A model generated the notes under the pieces. It had not been told where the DNA came from. It did not search any database and was given only the letters and a program-made list of their open reading frames with translations. From positions 19,774 through 83,773 of the forward strand of contig CAVOMK010000010.1 of assembly GCA_963697005.1 (NCBI GenBank): a stretch of 64,000 bases of DNA, given 5' to 3'. The number at the start of each line of letters is the position of its first letter. Position 1 is the stretch's first letter. Position numbers and translations under genes: made by a program. Of the stretch, positions 1-20,515 are shown piece after piece. This DNA is from an uncultured Actinomycetes bacterium. GTDB taxonomy: Bacteria; Actinomycetota; Thermoleophilia; Gaiellales; Gaiellaceae.

Positions 1-3617
<3,617 letters not shown>

Positions 3618-3634
3618 TCAGGACGATTAGTTCA

Positions 3635-3666
3635 CCGTGCCAGGCACCGGCAGGTGCCTGGCACGG
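3635..3666 (+). promoter_or_regulatory. Perfect 14-bp stem with a GGCA loop in the rpoB-rpoC spacer. It can also be read as two copies of the palindrome GTGCC(A/T)GGCAC.
   Basis: The sequence is CCGTGCCAGGCACC-GGCA-GGTGCCTGGCACGG. No U-tract follows. It ends 19 nt before the likely rpoC start. Confidence 0.6.
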
Positions 3667-3684
3667 GATACCAGAAAGGGCACT

Positions 3685-8250
<4,566 letters not shown>

Positions 8251-8302
8251 GGAAGCAGGTACCGGTCTCTTTTCGCCGCCGGTCGGCAGCCGGGGCAAGT
8301 AA

Positions 8303-10106
8303 ATGAAGCGTAAGACGGGCCGCCTCCGGGCGGTCCGTCTGGTATCAAGGGTCGGGGTCGTGAAGAAGGCGTTCGTCTCACTCGTGCTCGTCCTCGCGTG
8401 GCCGGCGGCTGCGCATGCCGCCACGCCTGCGCCGTACGCAGGCCAGTGCGGCATCCCCGCGACACAGCCGGTCTGGGCGGAGTTCGGGTGGCAGACCACC
8501 CAGTTCAACGCGATCCTCGGCAAGCCCGGAATCGTCGTCGGCGTGTCGAGCGGAACGTATCCGGCGCAGATGCGCACTGCCGGCGCGGCGACGGTGTACT
8601 TCGACCTCAATCTCAAGAACCGCGTGGGGACGACGACGGCGCCCGCGAATCCGTCACTCATTCCCGGGTCGCGTGAAGACGTTCTTTGCGTTCGCGCAGC
8701 AGCAGACCGGATGCGCGACGCCCGTGATCGTGCTCAACGAGCTCTCGGGGCCGGGGCTCGTCACGCCGTGGTCGGACAACAACGCGCAGTACCGGGCGGA
8801 CATCCTCGCGTTCGTGCAGGGGCTGGCGGGGCTCGGCGCGCACCCCGTGCTGCTCCTTCCTTCGAAGCCGTACACCGGCGGCGACGCCGGCGTGTGGTGG
8901 CAGCAGGCGGCGCAGTCGGCCGAGCTCGTGCGCGAGATCTACGTGCCTGCGCCGTCGACGTGGAAGCTCGGGCCGGTGCTCGGGAACCGGACGCTGCGCA
9001 TGGACTACCGACAGGCCGTGTTGGACTTCACCTCCATCGGCATCCCCGCGAACCGCGTCGGGCTGATGATGAGCTTCGCGACGACGCCCGGATTCGGTGG
9101 GCGAAACAATCTGCAGCCGGCGTCGGCGTGGTATCAGGTGGCGAAGTGGCAGTCGCTCGCCGCTCAGCAGGTTGCGGCCGAGACCGGGATTGCGTCAGTG
9201 TGGTCGTGGGGGTGGGGCGAGTGGAACGCCGCCGAGCAGGATCCGGACAAGCCGTTCGCGCTGTGCGCGTGGCTGTGGGCGCGGTCGCCTGCGCTCTGTG
9301 ACGCGCCGAACGCGATCCAGGGATTCGACGCGTCGCGCACCGAAGGCCAGCTGAGCGTCCTCGCCGCGGGCGCGCAGTGCGTCGTCGGCAAGCAGATGCT
9401 CTCGACCGCGGCGATCGACCAGCTCGCACAGGTGACCGGCGATCGCGAGACGGCGTACAGCGCGCTGTACGAGCGGCTCGTCGAGAGCGCGGCGCAGCCG
9501 GTCGCGACCGCCGACGTGCTCGCGGCGGAACGCGCGGTGATCCGTCAGGAGTTCCGCGGCAGTCGCGCGCTGTACGTCGCCGCGTTGTCGCGCGCGCATG
9601 CGACTGTGCCGGAGGCGCGAGCGATTCTCGCCGACCAACTCCGGCGCGCGCGGGTCGAGCCGTTGCTGCCGGCTGCGTCTCCGTCCGCTGCCGACGTGAG
9701 CACGTTCTACACGTCGTATCCCGACCTGGAAGTGCGCCTCGTGCAGGCGAGACCGTCGCCACCTTGGCTCGGACGCCAGGCGAAGGGGCTCGCGCTGCAG
9801 GACGTCGCGCCCGACCGGCTGTTCGCGCTCGCGACGGGGAAGTCGGAGTCGCTCTTGACGAGCACCGGCACGTTCTCGGTCAAGGCGTTGCAGGACGCGT
9901 CGCCGCTCGGCGCGGTGCCGCTCGGCCGCGCGCGCCCGGCGATCGCGGCGGCGCTGCGAACGTTCGCGCAGGGCGTCGTGTTCGAGAAGTGGACGGTCGG
10001 CAAGCAGCGTGCCGCGCTCACGACGGCGACGTGCGCGAAGGACGACCTGCCGCAACCGGCCGCGGTCGATCTCGTGCAGTACCTGCCCTTCCTGCGCCTC
10101 GGATGA
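8303..10106 (+). CDS. Secreted hypothetical protein with one apparent +1 frame change near 8666-8670.
   Basis: Frame 2 gives MKRKTGRL...VKKAFVSLVLVLAWPAAAHA, a signal peptide; GTG 8360 is an alternative start. The reading continues as ...IPGRVKTFFAFAQQQTG... in ORF 8415..10106. I recognise no family. Confidence 0.6.
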
Positions 10107-10271
10107 AAGTGCTGCGCACTTTCATCCGCTGAAGGTTCCGCTTCGCGGAGCGCTCGCGGGCGAAGCCCGCGAGCTCTTATGAGTGTCGGCGAAGCGTGGT
10201 TCTGCGCGCGTGGTGGTGGCTACGCCATCCCCACGCGCTCGTTCGGTCTCCGCTAACGCTGCGCGTTAGCG
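10101..10271 (+). repeat. Five-hairpin repeat element, copy 1. The strand given is that of the gene reading into it.
   Basis: H5 is GGATGAAAGTGC-TGC-GCACTTTCATCC at 10101-10127 and contains the TGA stop 10104-10106. Further hairpins are at 10138-10148, 10152-10174 and about 10207-10239, and H1 is at 10251-10271. The copy aligns as the reverse complement of copies 2 and 3. Confidence 0.8.
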
Positions 10272-10327
10272 TCGCCCCGAGATGTCGTTGTGGGTTCGGG
10301 CGCTGGAACCGACACGCAACGCCAAAG

Positions 10328-10487
10328 GCCGGAGCGTAAGCCCAGGCGGAGCCGGCTTACGCGGAGGCCGGAGTCCGCGCGGCACGACGCATCGCTCGGG
10401 TCCCGTAAGAGGACGCGGGCGTTGCCCGCGTCCGCTCTGCGGAGCAGAACCTCATTCAGCTTGAAGTGCGCAGCACTTCAAGCTGAA
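10328..10487 (-). repeat. Five-hairpin repeat element, copy 2. H2 is deleted.
   Basis: H1 is GCGTAAGCC...GGCTTACGC at 10334-10362. It also has GGACGCGGGC-GTT-GCCCGCGTCC and TCTGC-GGA-GCAGA. H5 is CAGCTTGAAGTGC-GCA-GCACTTCAAGCTG at 10457-10485 and contains the stop (complement of 10478-10480) of the GGDEF gene. Confidence 0.8.
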
Positions 10488-11575
10488 GCCGCCATGGACC
10501 GGCCCTTGCCGGCCTGCTTGGCCGCGTACAGCGCGCGATCGCCTCGCTCGAAGAGCGAGACGGAGTCGTCCTCGGGAGTCAACTCGGCGAGCCCGGCGGA
10601 AAGATGGAGGCGCCCGGCTTGACCGAGTGCGCGCGTCGACATCACCGTCTGGATGCGCTGGAAGAGCTGCTCGGCGTCCTCGAGCGACGACTCGGGCATG
10701 ATCACCGCGAACTCGTCGCCGCCGACGCGGCACGGGACGTCTGCGGTACGGACGACTTCGCGCATCCGCGCGGCCGCCTCGGCGAGGACGGCGTCGCCGG
10801 CGAGGTGGCCGATGCGGTCGTTCACTTCCTTGAAGTCGTCGAGGTCGAACACGATGAGCGCGAGCTTGCGCGCGTAGCGGCGAGCGCGCACGGTCTCGCG
10901 GGCGAGCGTCTCGTGGAAGTAGCGGCGGTTGTGCAGCTCCGTCAGGGCGTCGAGGTCGGCGAGCTGACGGGCTTCCCGGAATCGGCGCGCGTTCTCGATC
11001 GCCGGCGCCGTGCGGTTCGCGATCTCCTCCAGGCGCAGCAACTCGTCGTCCTCGAACCGTTGCCCGGGAGTCCTCGTCAGAACGAGGAGCGTCCCGACCG
11101 GGCCGCTCTCGTCGGCGAGCGGCAGCGCCAGGCCGCCGCGCAGCGCGTCGTCGCGGGCACCCTCTGCGTAGCGGTACGTGAGCTCGACCGCCCGCAGGTC
11201 GCGGTGGCCCGGCGGCACCGCCGCTGACTGCCGTGCGGCTTCCTCGTCGGCGAGCCCGTGCGCCGCGATGATCGGGGCGTTCTCGCCCTCGACTCGAATG
11301 AGCGCCGCGTCCACACCGGGCACGGTCGTGATCGCCTCGAGCGCGCGCGAGAGCACCTCGTCCAGGTCGATCGTCCCGGTGATGTCGCCCAGGAGCCGGC
11401 TCCGGCGGCCTTCCTCCTCGGCCCGTTCGACAGCGCCGCCGAGGTCGGCCGCGAGCGCATCCAGCCGCCGCTCGACCTCCGCCACCCGGCCGCCCGACCG
11501 GCGCAGCAGGCCCAGAAGCACCCCGACGAGCAGGATCAGGCCGGCGCCGAGCGCCGCAATCAAGAGGTGGCTCAC
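10478..11575 (-). CDS. Membrane-anchored GAF-GGDEF diguanylate cyclase.
   Basis: The 365-aa ORF has an N-terminal TM helix ([21 protein letters not shown]), a GAF-like middle section, and [10 protein letters not shown] ... [11 protein letters not shown]. Confidence 0.85.
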   Translation of the reverse strand: MSHLLIAALGAGLILLVGVLLGLLRRSGGRVAEVERRLDALAADLGGAVERAEEEGRRSRLLGDITGTIDLDEVLSRALEAITTVPGVDAALIRVEGENAPIIAAHGLADEEAARQSAAVPPGHRDLRAVELTYRYAEGARDDALRGGLALPLADESGPVGTLLVLTRTPGQRFEDDELLRLEEIANRTAPAIENARRFREARQLADLDALTELHNRRYFHETLARETVRARRYARKLALIVFDLDDFKEVNDRIGHLAGDAVLAEAAARMREVVRTADVPCRVGGDEFAVIMPESSLEDAEQLFQRIQTVMSTRALGQAGRLHLSAGLAELTPEDDSVSLFERGDRALYAAKQAGKGRSMAASA

Positions 11576-11645
11576 GGAGGCGGGGAGACTCTAGTCACCG
11601 GCGCCGGACGCGCGCCAGCCCCTGAAAGCGGCATCTTTCGCGCGT

Positions 11646-11675
11646 TTGACGGTATCGACGCGCCTTCGCTACCAT
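11646..11675 (+). promoter_or_regulatory. Candidate str-operon promoter, TTGACG-18 nt-TACCAT.
   Basis: The hexamers were read directly, about 75 nt upstream of the rpsL ATG. There is no experimental support. Confidence 0.35.
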
Positions 11676-11750
11676 TCCGCGGGCCGGTTGGCAGGGGCCT
11701 CCGCCCCAAGCCGACCGTCTCTTTGTGTGAAGGGACTAGACGAAGGACTC

Positions 11751-12121
11751 ATGCCGACTGTCAATCAACTCGTGCGCAAGGGCCGCAAAGCCGCCAAGGC
11801 GAAGACCAAGGCGCCTGCGCTGGCCGGCTCCCCGCAGAAGCGGGGCGTCTGCACGCGCGTGTATACGACCACCCCGCGCAAGCCGAACTCGGCGCTGCGG
11901 AAGGTCGCTCGCGTCAGGCTGACGAACGGCATGGAAGTCGGGGCCTACATCCCCGGCGAGGGCCACAACCTGCAGGAGCACTCGGTCGTGCTCATCCGCG
12001 GTGGACGCACCGCCGACCTGCCGGGGTTCCGGTACAAGATCATCCGTGCCGCGCTCGACACCTCCGGCGTGGCCGATCGCAAGCAGGCCCGCTCCCGCTA
12101 CGGCGCCAAGCGAGGCAGCTG

Positions 12122-12122
<1 letters not shown>
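11751..12122 (+). CDS. rpsL: 30S ribosomal protein S12.
   Basis: The protein reads [13 protein letters not shown]...[16 protein letters not shown]. The ATG lies inside ORF 11646..12122. Confidence 0.97.
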
Positions 12123-12592
<470 letters not shown>

Positions 12593-12609
12593 GCGGCAGA
12601 AAGGACGAT

Positions 12610-14705
12610 TTGAGCACCAAGGTTGCAGAGACGAACGTCGCGCTGGATCGCGTCCGGAACATCGGGATCATGGCCCACATCGATGCGGGCAAGACCACGA
12701 CGACCGAGCGGATCCTCTACTACACCGGCCGCACCCACAAAATGGGTGAGGTCCACGAGGGCGCCGCGACGATGGACTGGATGGCCCAGGAGCAGGAGCG
12801 GGGCATCACGATCACGTCCGCGGCGACGACTGCGTTCTGGCGCGATCATCGCATCAACATCATCGATACGCCCGGGCACGTGGACTTTACCGTGGAGGTG
12901 GAGCGGAGCCTGCGCGTCCTCGACGGCGCCATCGCCGTTTTCGACTCCGTCGCGGGCGTCCAGCCGCAGTCCGAGACGGTCTGGCGTCAGGCCGACAAGT
13001 ACAAGGTCCCGCGGATCGCGTTCATCAACAAGATGGATCGCACCGGCGCGAACTTCTTCGCAGCCGTGCAGTCCATGAAGGACCGCCTCGGCGCCAACCC
13101 GGTGCCGGTGCAGATCCCGATCGGCCAGGAGGACCAGTTCACCGGCGTCGTCGACCTCGTCGAGATGCAGGCGATCGTCTACAAGGACGAGCTCGGCCAG
13201 GAGTTCGACGTCACGGAGATTCCCGAGGGCCTGCGCGAGCAGGCGCACGAGTACCACCATCAGCTCATCGACGCGATCTCGCACTTCGACGACGAGGTGC
13301 TCGAGGCCTACATCGAGGACGAGTCCTCGGTGACGCCGGACATGATCCGCCGCGCCGTCCGCGCGGCGACGCTCGCCGACGAGATCACGCCGGTGCTGCT
13401 CGGCTCCGCCTTCAAGAACAAGGGCATCCAGCCGCTGCTCGACGCCGTCATCGACTATCTGCCGAGCCCGCTCGACGTGCCGCCGATGATCGGGCTCGAC
13501 CCGAAGACGGGCGCCGAGGTGGAGCGCGCCGCGTCGCAGGACGAGCCGTTCTCCGCTCTCGCCTTCAAGGTCATGTCCGATCCGTACGTCGGCAAGCTGA
13601 CGTACTTCCGCGTCTACTCCGGCCGTATCAAGTCCGGCGACCGCGTCCTGAACACGACCAACGGCAAGACGGAGCGGATCAGCCGCATCCTCCAGATGCA
13701 CGCGAACCATCGCGAGGAGCGCGACGAGATCACGCGGGCGAGATCGCCGCCGGCGTCGGCCTGAAGTTCACGACGACGGGCGACACGCTCTCCGCCGACA
13801 ACGCGCCGATCGTGCTCGAGTCGATGAGCTTCCCCGACCCGGTCATCTCGGTCGCGGTGGAGCCGAAGTCGAAGGCCGACCAGGACAAGCTCGGTGCGGG
13901 CCTCCAGCGCCTCGCCGAGGAGGATCCGACCTTCCGCGTCACGACCGACGAGGAGACCGGGCAGACGCTCATCTCCGGGATGGGCGAGCTGCACCTCGAG
14001 ATCATCGTCGACCGCCTGAAGCGCGAGTTCAACGTCGACGCCAACGTCGGCCGCCCGCAGGTCGCGTACCGCGAGACGGTGTCGAAGCCGGCGGAGAAGG
14101 TCCAGGGCAAGTTCGTCCGGCAGACGGGCGGCTCCGGCCAGTACGGCGACGTGGTCATCAACCTGTACCCGCAGCAGCCGGGCGACGGCTACGAGTTCTC
14201 CGACAAGATCGTCGGCGGCAAGATTCCGAAGGAGTACATCCCGGCCGTCGACGCGGGCATCCGCGAGGCGATGGACTCGGGCATCCTCGCGGGCTACCCG
14301 GTGGTCGACGTCAAGGTCGAGCTCATCGACGGGTCGTACCACGAGGTCGACTCGAGCGAGCGCGCGTTCAAGATCGCGGGCTCGATGGCCTTCAAGGAGG
14401 CGCTGAAGCGTGCGAAGCCGAAGCTGCTCGAGCCCGTCATGCTCGTCGAGGTGACGACGCCCGAGGACTACCTCGGCGACGTCATGGGCAACCTCAACGG
14501 CCGGCGCGGCCGTGTCGAGGGGATGGAGCCCGTCGGCAACGCACAGGTGATCCGGGCGATCGTCCCGCTCGCCGAGATGTTCGGCTACGCAACAGACATT
14601 CGTTCAATGAGTCAGGGTCGAGCGACGTTCCACATGGAGTTCGACCACTACGAGGAAGTCCCCCAGTCGATCGCGAGCGAGCTCGTCGACTCCGGGGCCA
14701 ACTAG
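12610..14705 (+). CDS. fusA: Elongation factor G with one apparent -1 frame change near 13731-13737.
   Basis: ORF 12610..13764 carries [23 protein letters not shown] 13812..14705 supplies the C-terminal domains. The join is ...DEI(H)[19 protein letters not shown]. Confidence 0.95.
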
Positions 14706-14730
14706 GCAACAAGGAGACCAGGAGCCACTC

Positions 14731-15921
<1,191 letters not shown>

Positions 15922-15978
15922 GGCCTCCGGCCCCTAGTGACACGCGACCCAAGTAGAGAAAAGACAGGTAGACGCGCG

Positions 15979-16287
15979 GTGCCTCAGCAAAAAATCCGCA
16001 TCCGCCTCAAGGGCTACGACCACCAGCAGGTGGACAAGTCCGCGAAGGACATCGTGGACACGGCTCAGCGCACCGGCGCCACCATCACCGGTCCCGTTCC
16101 GCTGCCCACCGAGAAGAACGTGTACTGCGTGATCCGGTCGCCGTTCAAGGACAAGGACTCGCGGGAGCACTTCGAGGTGCGCACGCACAAGCGGTTGATC
16201 GACATCCACTCGCCGACCCCGAAGACGGTCGACTCGCTCATGCGGCTCGACCTCCCGGCCGGCGTCGACATCGAGATCAAGCTCTAG
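15979..16287 (+). CDS. rpsJ: 30S ribosomal protein S10.
   Basis: GTG 15979 gives [19 protein letters not shown], inside ORF 15937..16287. Confidence 0.93.
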   Translation: MPQQKIRIRLKGYDHQQVDKSAKDIVDTAQRTGATITGPVPLPTEKNVYCVIRSPFKDKDSREHFEVRTHKRLIDIHSPTPKTVDSLMRLDLPAGVDIEIKL

Positions 16288-16289
16288 CG

Positions 16290-16921
16290 ATGCGCGGAAT
16301 CATCGGCAAGAAGCTCGGCATGACGCAGCTCTTCGACGAGGAGAGCGGCGGCGTGACCTCGGTGACCGTCATCGAGGCGGGCCCGTGCCCGGTCGTCGCC
16401 GTGCGCACGCCCGCCGCGGACGGCTACGAGGCCGTGCAGCTCGCGTGGGAGCCGGTGGCCGACCGCAAGATCTCCAAGCCCGAGCGCGGGCACCTCGCGA
16501 AGAACGGGGTCGCCGGCGCGTACCGGCACCTGGTCGAGTTCCGCGGGCACTTCGCCGACGCGGTGCAGGGCGAGAACGTGACGGTGGAGATCTTCCAGCC
16601 CGGCGACGCGATCAAGGTGGCCGGGATCTCGATCGGCAAGGGCTTCCAGGGCACGATCAAGCGGCACCGGTTCAGCCGCGGCCCGGTCACGCACGGCTCG
16701 CACAACATCCGCAAGCCGGGCTCGATCGGCGCGTCGGCGACGCCGTCGCGCGTGTTCAAGGGCATCAAGATGGCCGGCCGCATGGGCGGCAAGCGCGTCA
16801 CGCAGACCGGCCTGACCGTGCACTCGATCGACGTGGAGCGGAACCTGCTGCTCGTCAAGGGCGCCGTTCCGGGACCGAAGAACGGCATCGTCGAAGTGGT
16901 CCGGGAGATCGTCGCGCATAG
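16290..16921 (+). CDS. rplC: 50S ribosomal protein L3. It has no in-frame stop, so a frame change near the 3' end is inferred.
   Basis: The protein reads [17 protein letters not shown]...GFQGTIKRH. Frame 3 stays open to 18695. The only nearby stop, TAG 16919-16921, is in frame 2 and overlaps the rplD GTG. Confidence 0.9.
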
Positions 16922-17557
16922 TGCACCAATGGCCTGGCGCGCCGAAGGCACCCCTGCTCGGCGGCAAGGCCGCCAAGGACGTCTCGCTCGAGGCGTCGAT
17001 CTTCAGCGCCGAGATCAAGCCGCACCTCGTGCACGAGGTCGTGCGCGCGGAGATGAACGACCGCCGTCAGGGCACGCGCGCGGCGAAGAGCCGCGGGCTC
17101 GTCTCCGGCGGCCGCTCGAAGCCGTGGCGCCAGAAGGGCACCGGCCGCGCCCGCGCCGGCACCATCCGCGCCGCGCAGTTCACGGGCGGCGGTGTCGTGT
17201 TCCCGCCGAGCCCGCGCGACTTCTCGGTCAAGGTGAACAAGAAGGCAGCGACGAGCTGCGCTGCGCGCCGCGCTCAGCGACCACGTTCAGGCGGGCTCGC
17301 TCGCGCTCCTCGACGGCGCGTCGTTCGAGACGCCCTCGACGAAGGCCGCGCTGGAGCTGTTCACGAAATGGGGCGGCGAGACGCCGGCCGTCGTCGTCGT
17401 CACCGAGGACGAGATCGGGATTGCGAAGTCGTTCCGCAATCTCCACCGCGTCATCGTCACCATCCCGTCCGAGCTGGAAGTGGCCGAAGTCGTGTGGGCG
17501 CGCTCGCTGCTCGTCAGCCAGGCTGCGCTCCCGCTCATCGAGGGGAGGGCGTCATGA
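16921..17557 (+). CDS. rplD: 50S ribosomal protein L4 with an apparent +1 frame change near 17251.
   Basis: GTG 16921 gives ...[28 protein letters not shown]...VNKKAA. The reading then continues in frame 2 as [17 protein letters not shown]...IEGRAS and ends at TGA 17555-17557. Confidence 0.92.
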
Positions 17558-17850
17558 GCCTGCACCCCGCTCAGGTCCTGCTCCGCCCGGTGATCTCCGA
17601 GAAGAGCTACGAGCAGATCACCCAGAACAAGTACACGTTCAAGGTGCACCAGGACGCGCACAAGACGCAGGTCCGGCAGGCGGTCGAGGAGCTCTTCGAC
17701 GTCAAGGTCGTGGCCGTGAACATGGTCAAGGTGCAGGCGAAGCCGAAGCGGCGCGGCATCTACAAGGGCACGCGCCCCGGCTGGAAAAAGGCGATCGTCG
17801 AGCTCAAGGCCGGCGACTCGATCGAGATCTTCCAAGGAGCGCAACTCTGA
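17554..17850 (+). CDS. rplW: 50S ribosomal protein L23.
   Basis: The protein reads [21 protein letters not shown]. There is an ATGA overlap with rplD. Confidence 0.94.
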   Translation: MSLHPAQVLLRPVISEKSYEQITQNKYTFKVHQDAHKTQVRQAVEELFDVKVVAVNMVKVQAKPKRRGIYKGTRPGWKKAIVELKAGDSIEIFQGAQL

Positions 17851-18695
17851 TGCCGATCCGTCGCTACAAGCCGACCTCGCCGGGCCGCCGCTTCATGTCG
17901 GTGTCCACGTTCGAGGAGATCACGAAGACCGAGCCGGAGAAGAGCCTGACGACGCCGGTGCCGAAGAAGGGCGGCCGCAACAACAACGGCCGCATCACGA
18001 CGCGCCACCAGGGCGGCGGCCACAAGCGGCTCTACCGCGTCATCGACTTCAAGCGCCAGAAGGACGGCGTGCCGGCGAAGGTGGCCTCGATCGAGTACGA
18101 CCCCAACCGGTCGGCCCGCATCGCGCTGCTCCACTACGCCGACGGCGCGAAGAGCTACATCCTCGCGCCCGCGCAGCTGCGCGTCGGCGCGACGGTCGAG
18201 TCCGGCGCGGCCGCCGACATCAAGGTCGGCAACGCGCTTCCGCTCGAGAACATCCCGACCGGCACGCTCGTGCACAACGTCGAGCTCCAGCCCGGCCAGG
18301 GCGCCAAGATGGCGCGCTCGGCGGGCTCGGGCATCCAGCTCGTCGCGAAGGATCAGGGCTTCGCCGTCCTGCGCCTCCCGTCGGGCGAGATGCGCCGCGT
18401 CCCGCTCGCGTGCCGCGCGACCGTCGGCCAGGTCGGCAACGTCGACCACCAGAACATCACCGGCGGCAAGGCCGGTCGCAGCCGCTGGCGCGGCAAGCGC
18501 CCGACCGTGCGCGGCTCGGCCATGAACCCGGTCGACCATCCGCACGGCGGCGGCGAGGGCAAGTCCAAGGGCGGCCGGCATCCGGTCACCCCGTGGGGCG
18601 TGCCGACGCTCGGCAAGCGCACGCGCCGCAAGCACAAGGAATCGGACAAGTTGATCGTGCGCGCCAGGCGGCGCGGCAAGGAGGGTCGTCGCTAG
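17850..18695 (+). CDS. rplB: 50S ribosomal protein L2.
   Basis: The protein reads [15 protein letters not shown]...[13 protein letters not shown]. Confidence 0.97.
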   Translation: MPIRRYKPTSPGRRFMSVSTFEEITKTEPEKSLTTPVPKKGGRNNNGRITTRHQGGGHKRLYRVIDFKRQKDGVPAKVASIEYDPNRSARIALLHYADGAKSYILAPAQLRVGATVESGAAADIKVGNALPLENIPTGTLVHNVELQPGQGAKMARSAGSGIQLVAKDQGFAVLRLPSGEMRRVPLACRATVGQVGNVDHQNITGGKAGRSRWRGKRPTVRGSAMNPVDHPHGGGEGKSKGGRHPVTPWGVPTLGKRTRRKHKESDKLIVRARRRGKEGRR

Positions 18696-18976
18696 TGAGT
18701 AGATCAAGCAAGAAGGGGCCGTTCGTCGAGCAGCGCCTGCTCGACCGCATCACGAAGATGAACGACGGCGGCCAGAAGACGATGATCCGCACCTGGTCGC
18801 GGACGTCGACGATCTTCCCGGACATGGTCGGGCACACGATCGCGGTCCACGACGGCCGCAAGCACGTGCCCGTCTTCATCTCCGAGCAGATGGTCGGCCA
18901 CAAGCTGGGCGAGTTCGCGCCGACGCGGACGTTCCGCGGCCACTCCGGCGACCGCGCGGCGAAGGTGAAGAGGTAA
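18695..18976 (+). CDS. rpsS: 30S ribosomal protein S19.
   Basis: GTG 18695 gives [15 protein letters not shown]...[12 protein letters not shown]. Confidence 0.95.
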   Translation: MSRSSKKGPFVEQRLLDRITKMNDGGQKTMIRTWSRTSTIFPDMVGHTIAVHDGRKHVPVFISEQMVGHKLGEFAPTRTFRGHSGDRAAKVKR

Positions 18977-19063
18977 TCCCTGTGGTTCGAGAGAGGAATC
19001 GAGGTCTAAGCAAGTCCAGCTACGAAGACACAGGCACAGGAAGTTCGGGCCCAGGCGAAGTGG

Positions 19064-19396
19064 GTGCACTCGAGCGCGCGCAAGGCGCGGCTCGTCACCG
19101 ACCTCATCCGCGGGCGCTCCGTGCCCGAGGCGCGCACGATCCTCGCGTTCTCGCAGCGCGCGGTCGCGAAGGACGTCGAGAAGGTGCTGCGCTCCGCCGT
19201 CGCGAACGCGGAGTCGCGGCCGGACCTGCTCTGGAACGGCGACGACCTCGTCGTCGTCACCGCGTACGCCGACGAGGGGCCGACGCTGAAGCGCTGGCGT
19301 GCCCGCGCCCGCGGCCGCGCGGCCAAGATCTTCAAGCGGACGTGCCACATCACCGTCGTCCTCGCGCCGGCGGACATCGAGAGGACGGGGAACTAG
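19064..19396 (+). CDS. rplV: 50S ribosomal protein L22. The start is uncertain.
   Basis: The ORF reads [20 protein letters not shown]. The L22-like sequence ([14 protein letters not shown]) continues in frame upstream to about 19022, but there is no ATG, GTG or TTG there. Confidence 0.88.
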   Translation: MHSSARKARLVTDLIRGRSVPEARTILAFSQRAVAKDVEKVLRSAVANAESRPDLLWNGDDLVVVTAYADEGPTLKRWRARARGRAAKIFKRTCHITVVLAPADIERTGN

Positions 19397-20461
19397 TGGG
19401 ACAGAAGATCCATCCCGGCGGCCTGCGTGTGGGGATCATCCACCGCTGGAAGTCGAACTGGTACACGGGCAAGAAGGAGTTCCCGGCGTACCTGCTCGAG
19501 GACGTCAAGATCCGCGAGCACATCTACAAGAAGCTCGCGCACGCGGGCCTGTCGGACATCCTCATTCAGAAGGACAAGCAGCGGATCACCGTGGACATCT
19601 TCACGGCGCGCCCCGGCATCGTCATCGGCAAGTCCGGAGTCGAGGTCGACGCGCTGCGCCGTGAGCTGCACGCGCTGACGCAGAAGAACGTCCACATCAA
19701 CATCAACGAGATCAAGCGGCCCGAGCTGGACGCGAAGCTCGTCGCGCAGTCGATCGCCGAGCAGCTGTCGAACCGCGTCGCCTTCCGGCGCGCGATGAAG
19801 CGCGCGCTCGCATCCGCGATCCGCTCCGGCGCGGCCGGCGTGAAGATCCAGTGCTCCGGGCGTCTCGGCGGCGGCGAGATGAGCCGGCGCGAGACCTACA
19901 GCGAGGGACGCGTGCCGCTGCACACGATTCGCGCCGACATCGACTACGGCTTCGTCGAGGCCAAGACGACCTACGGCCGCATCGGCGTGAAGGTCTGGAT
20001 CAACAAGGGCGAGATCATGCCCGAGGGCTACGAGGGCATCTCGGTCGGCGACCAGCGCCTCGGCGACCAGGACACGAAGCGCCGCCGCGGCGGTGCCGTC
20101 GAAGGCCTCGGCGCGTCGCGCGAGAGCGGCCGCGGTCGCGGTCCGGACCGCGAGGGCCTCGGCCCCGTGCGCCCCGGTCGGCGGCGCGGCGCGGGCGGCG
20201 GTCCCGGCGGCGCCGGCGGCGGACGGCCCGGCCAGCGTCGCGGCCCCGGCGCGGGTGCACGCCCGGCCGGCGGTGGCGGCGGAGGTCGCCCGCGTCGCGA
20301 CCCGCAGACGGACGCTCCGCGCTGCTGCTCCGGAGACCCGAGACTGAGGCGCGTAGCGCAGAGAATGCGGCCGCTCAGGAAGCCTGCTGAAGGCAGCGCG
20401 GAGACGCCGGCCGCTGCCGCCGGAGACGCCGGCCGCTCCTCCCGACACCGGAGCGGCGTGA
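19396..20461 (+). CDS. rpsC: 30S ribosomal protein S3 with a long Arg/Gly- and Ala/Pro-rich tail. The 3' end is uncertain.
   Basis: GTG 19396 gives [19 protein letters not shown]. Frame 1 has no stop before rplP. A single +1 change near 20416-20422 would read [19 protein letters not shown] and end at TGA 20459-20461. Confidence 0.85.
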
Positions 20462-20515
20462 GACGCGCTCCGAAGCCCGAAGCGGGCGCCGAGAAAGCCG
20501 AAGGAGTCGTAAGCC

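Noticed and set aside
10101-10487. A CRISPR array or ordinary intrinsic terminators at the palindrome-rich region.
   Set aside because: There are no direct repeats with regular spacers and no cas genes. None of the hairpins is followed by a U-tract, and the two units are inverted copies of a longer composite element.
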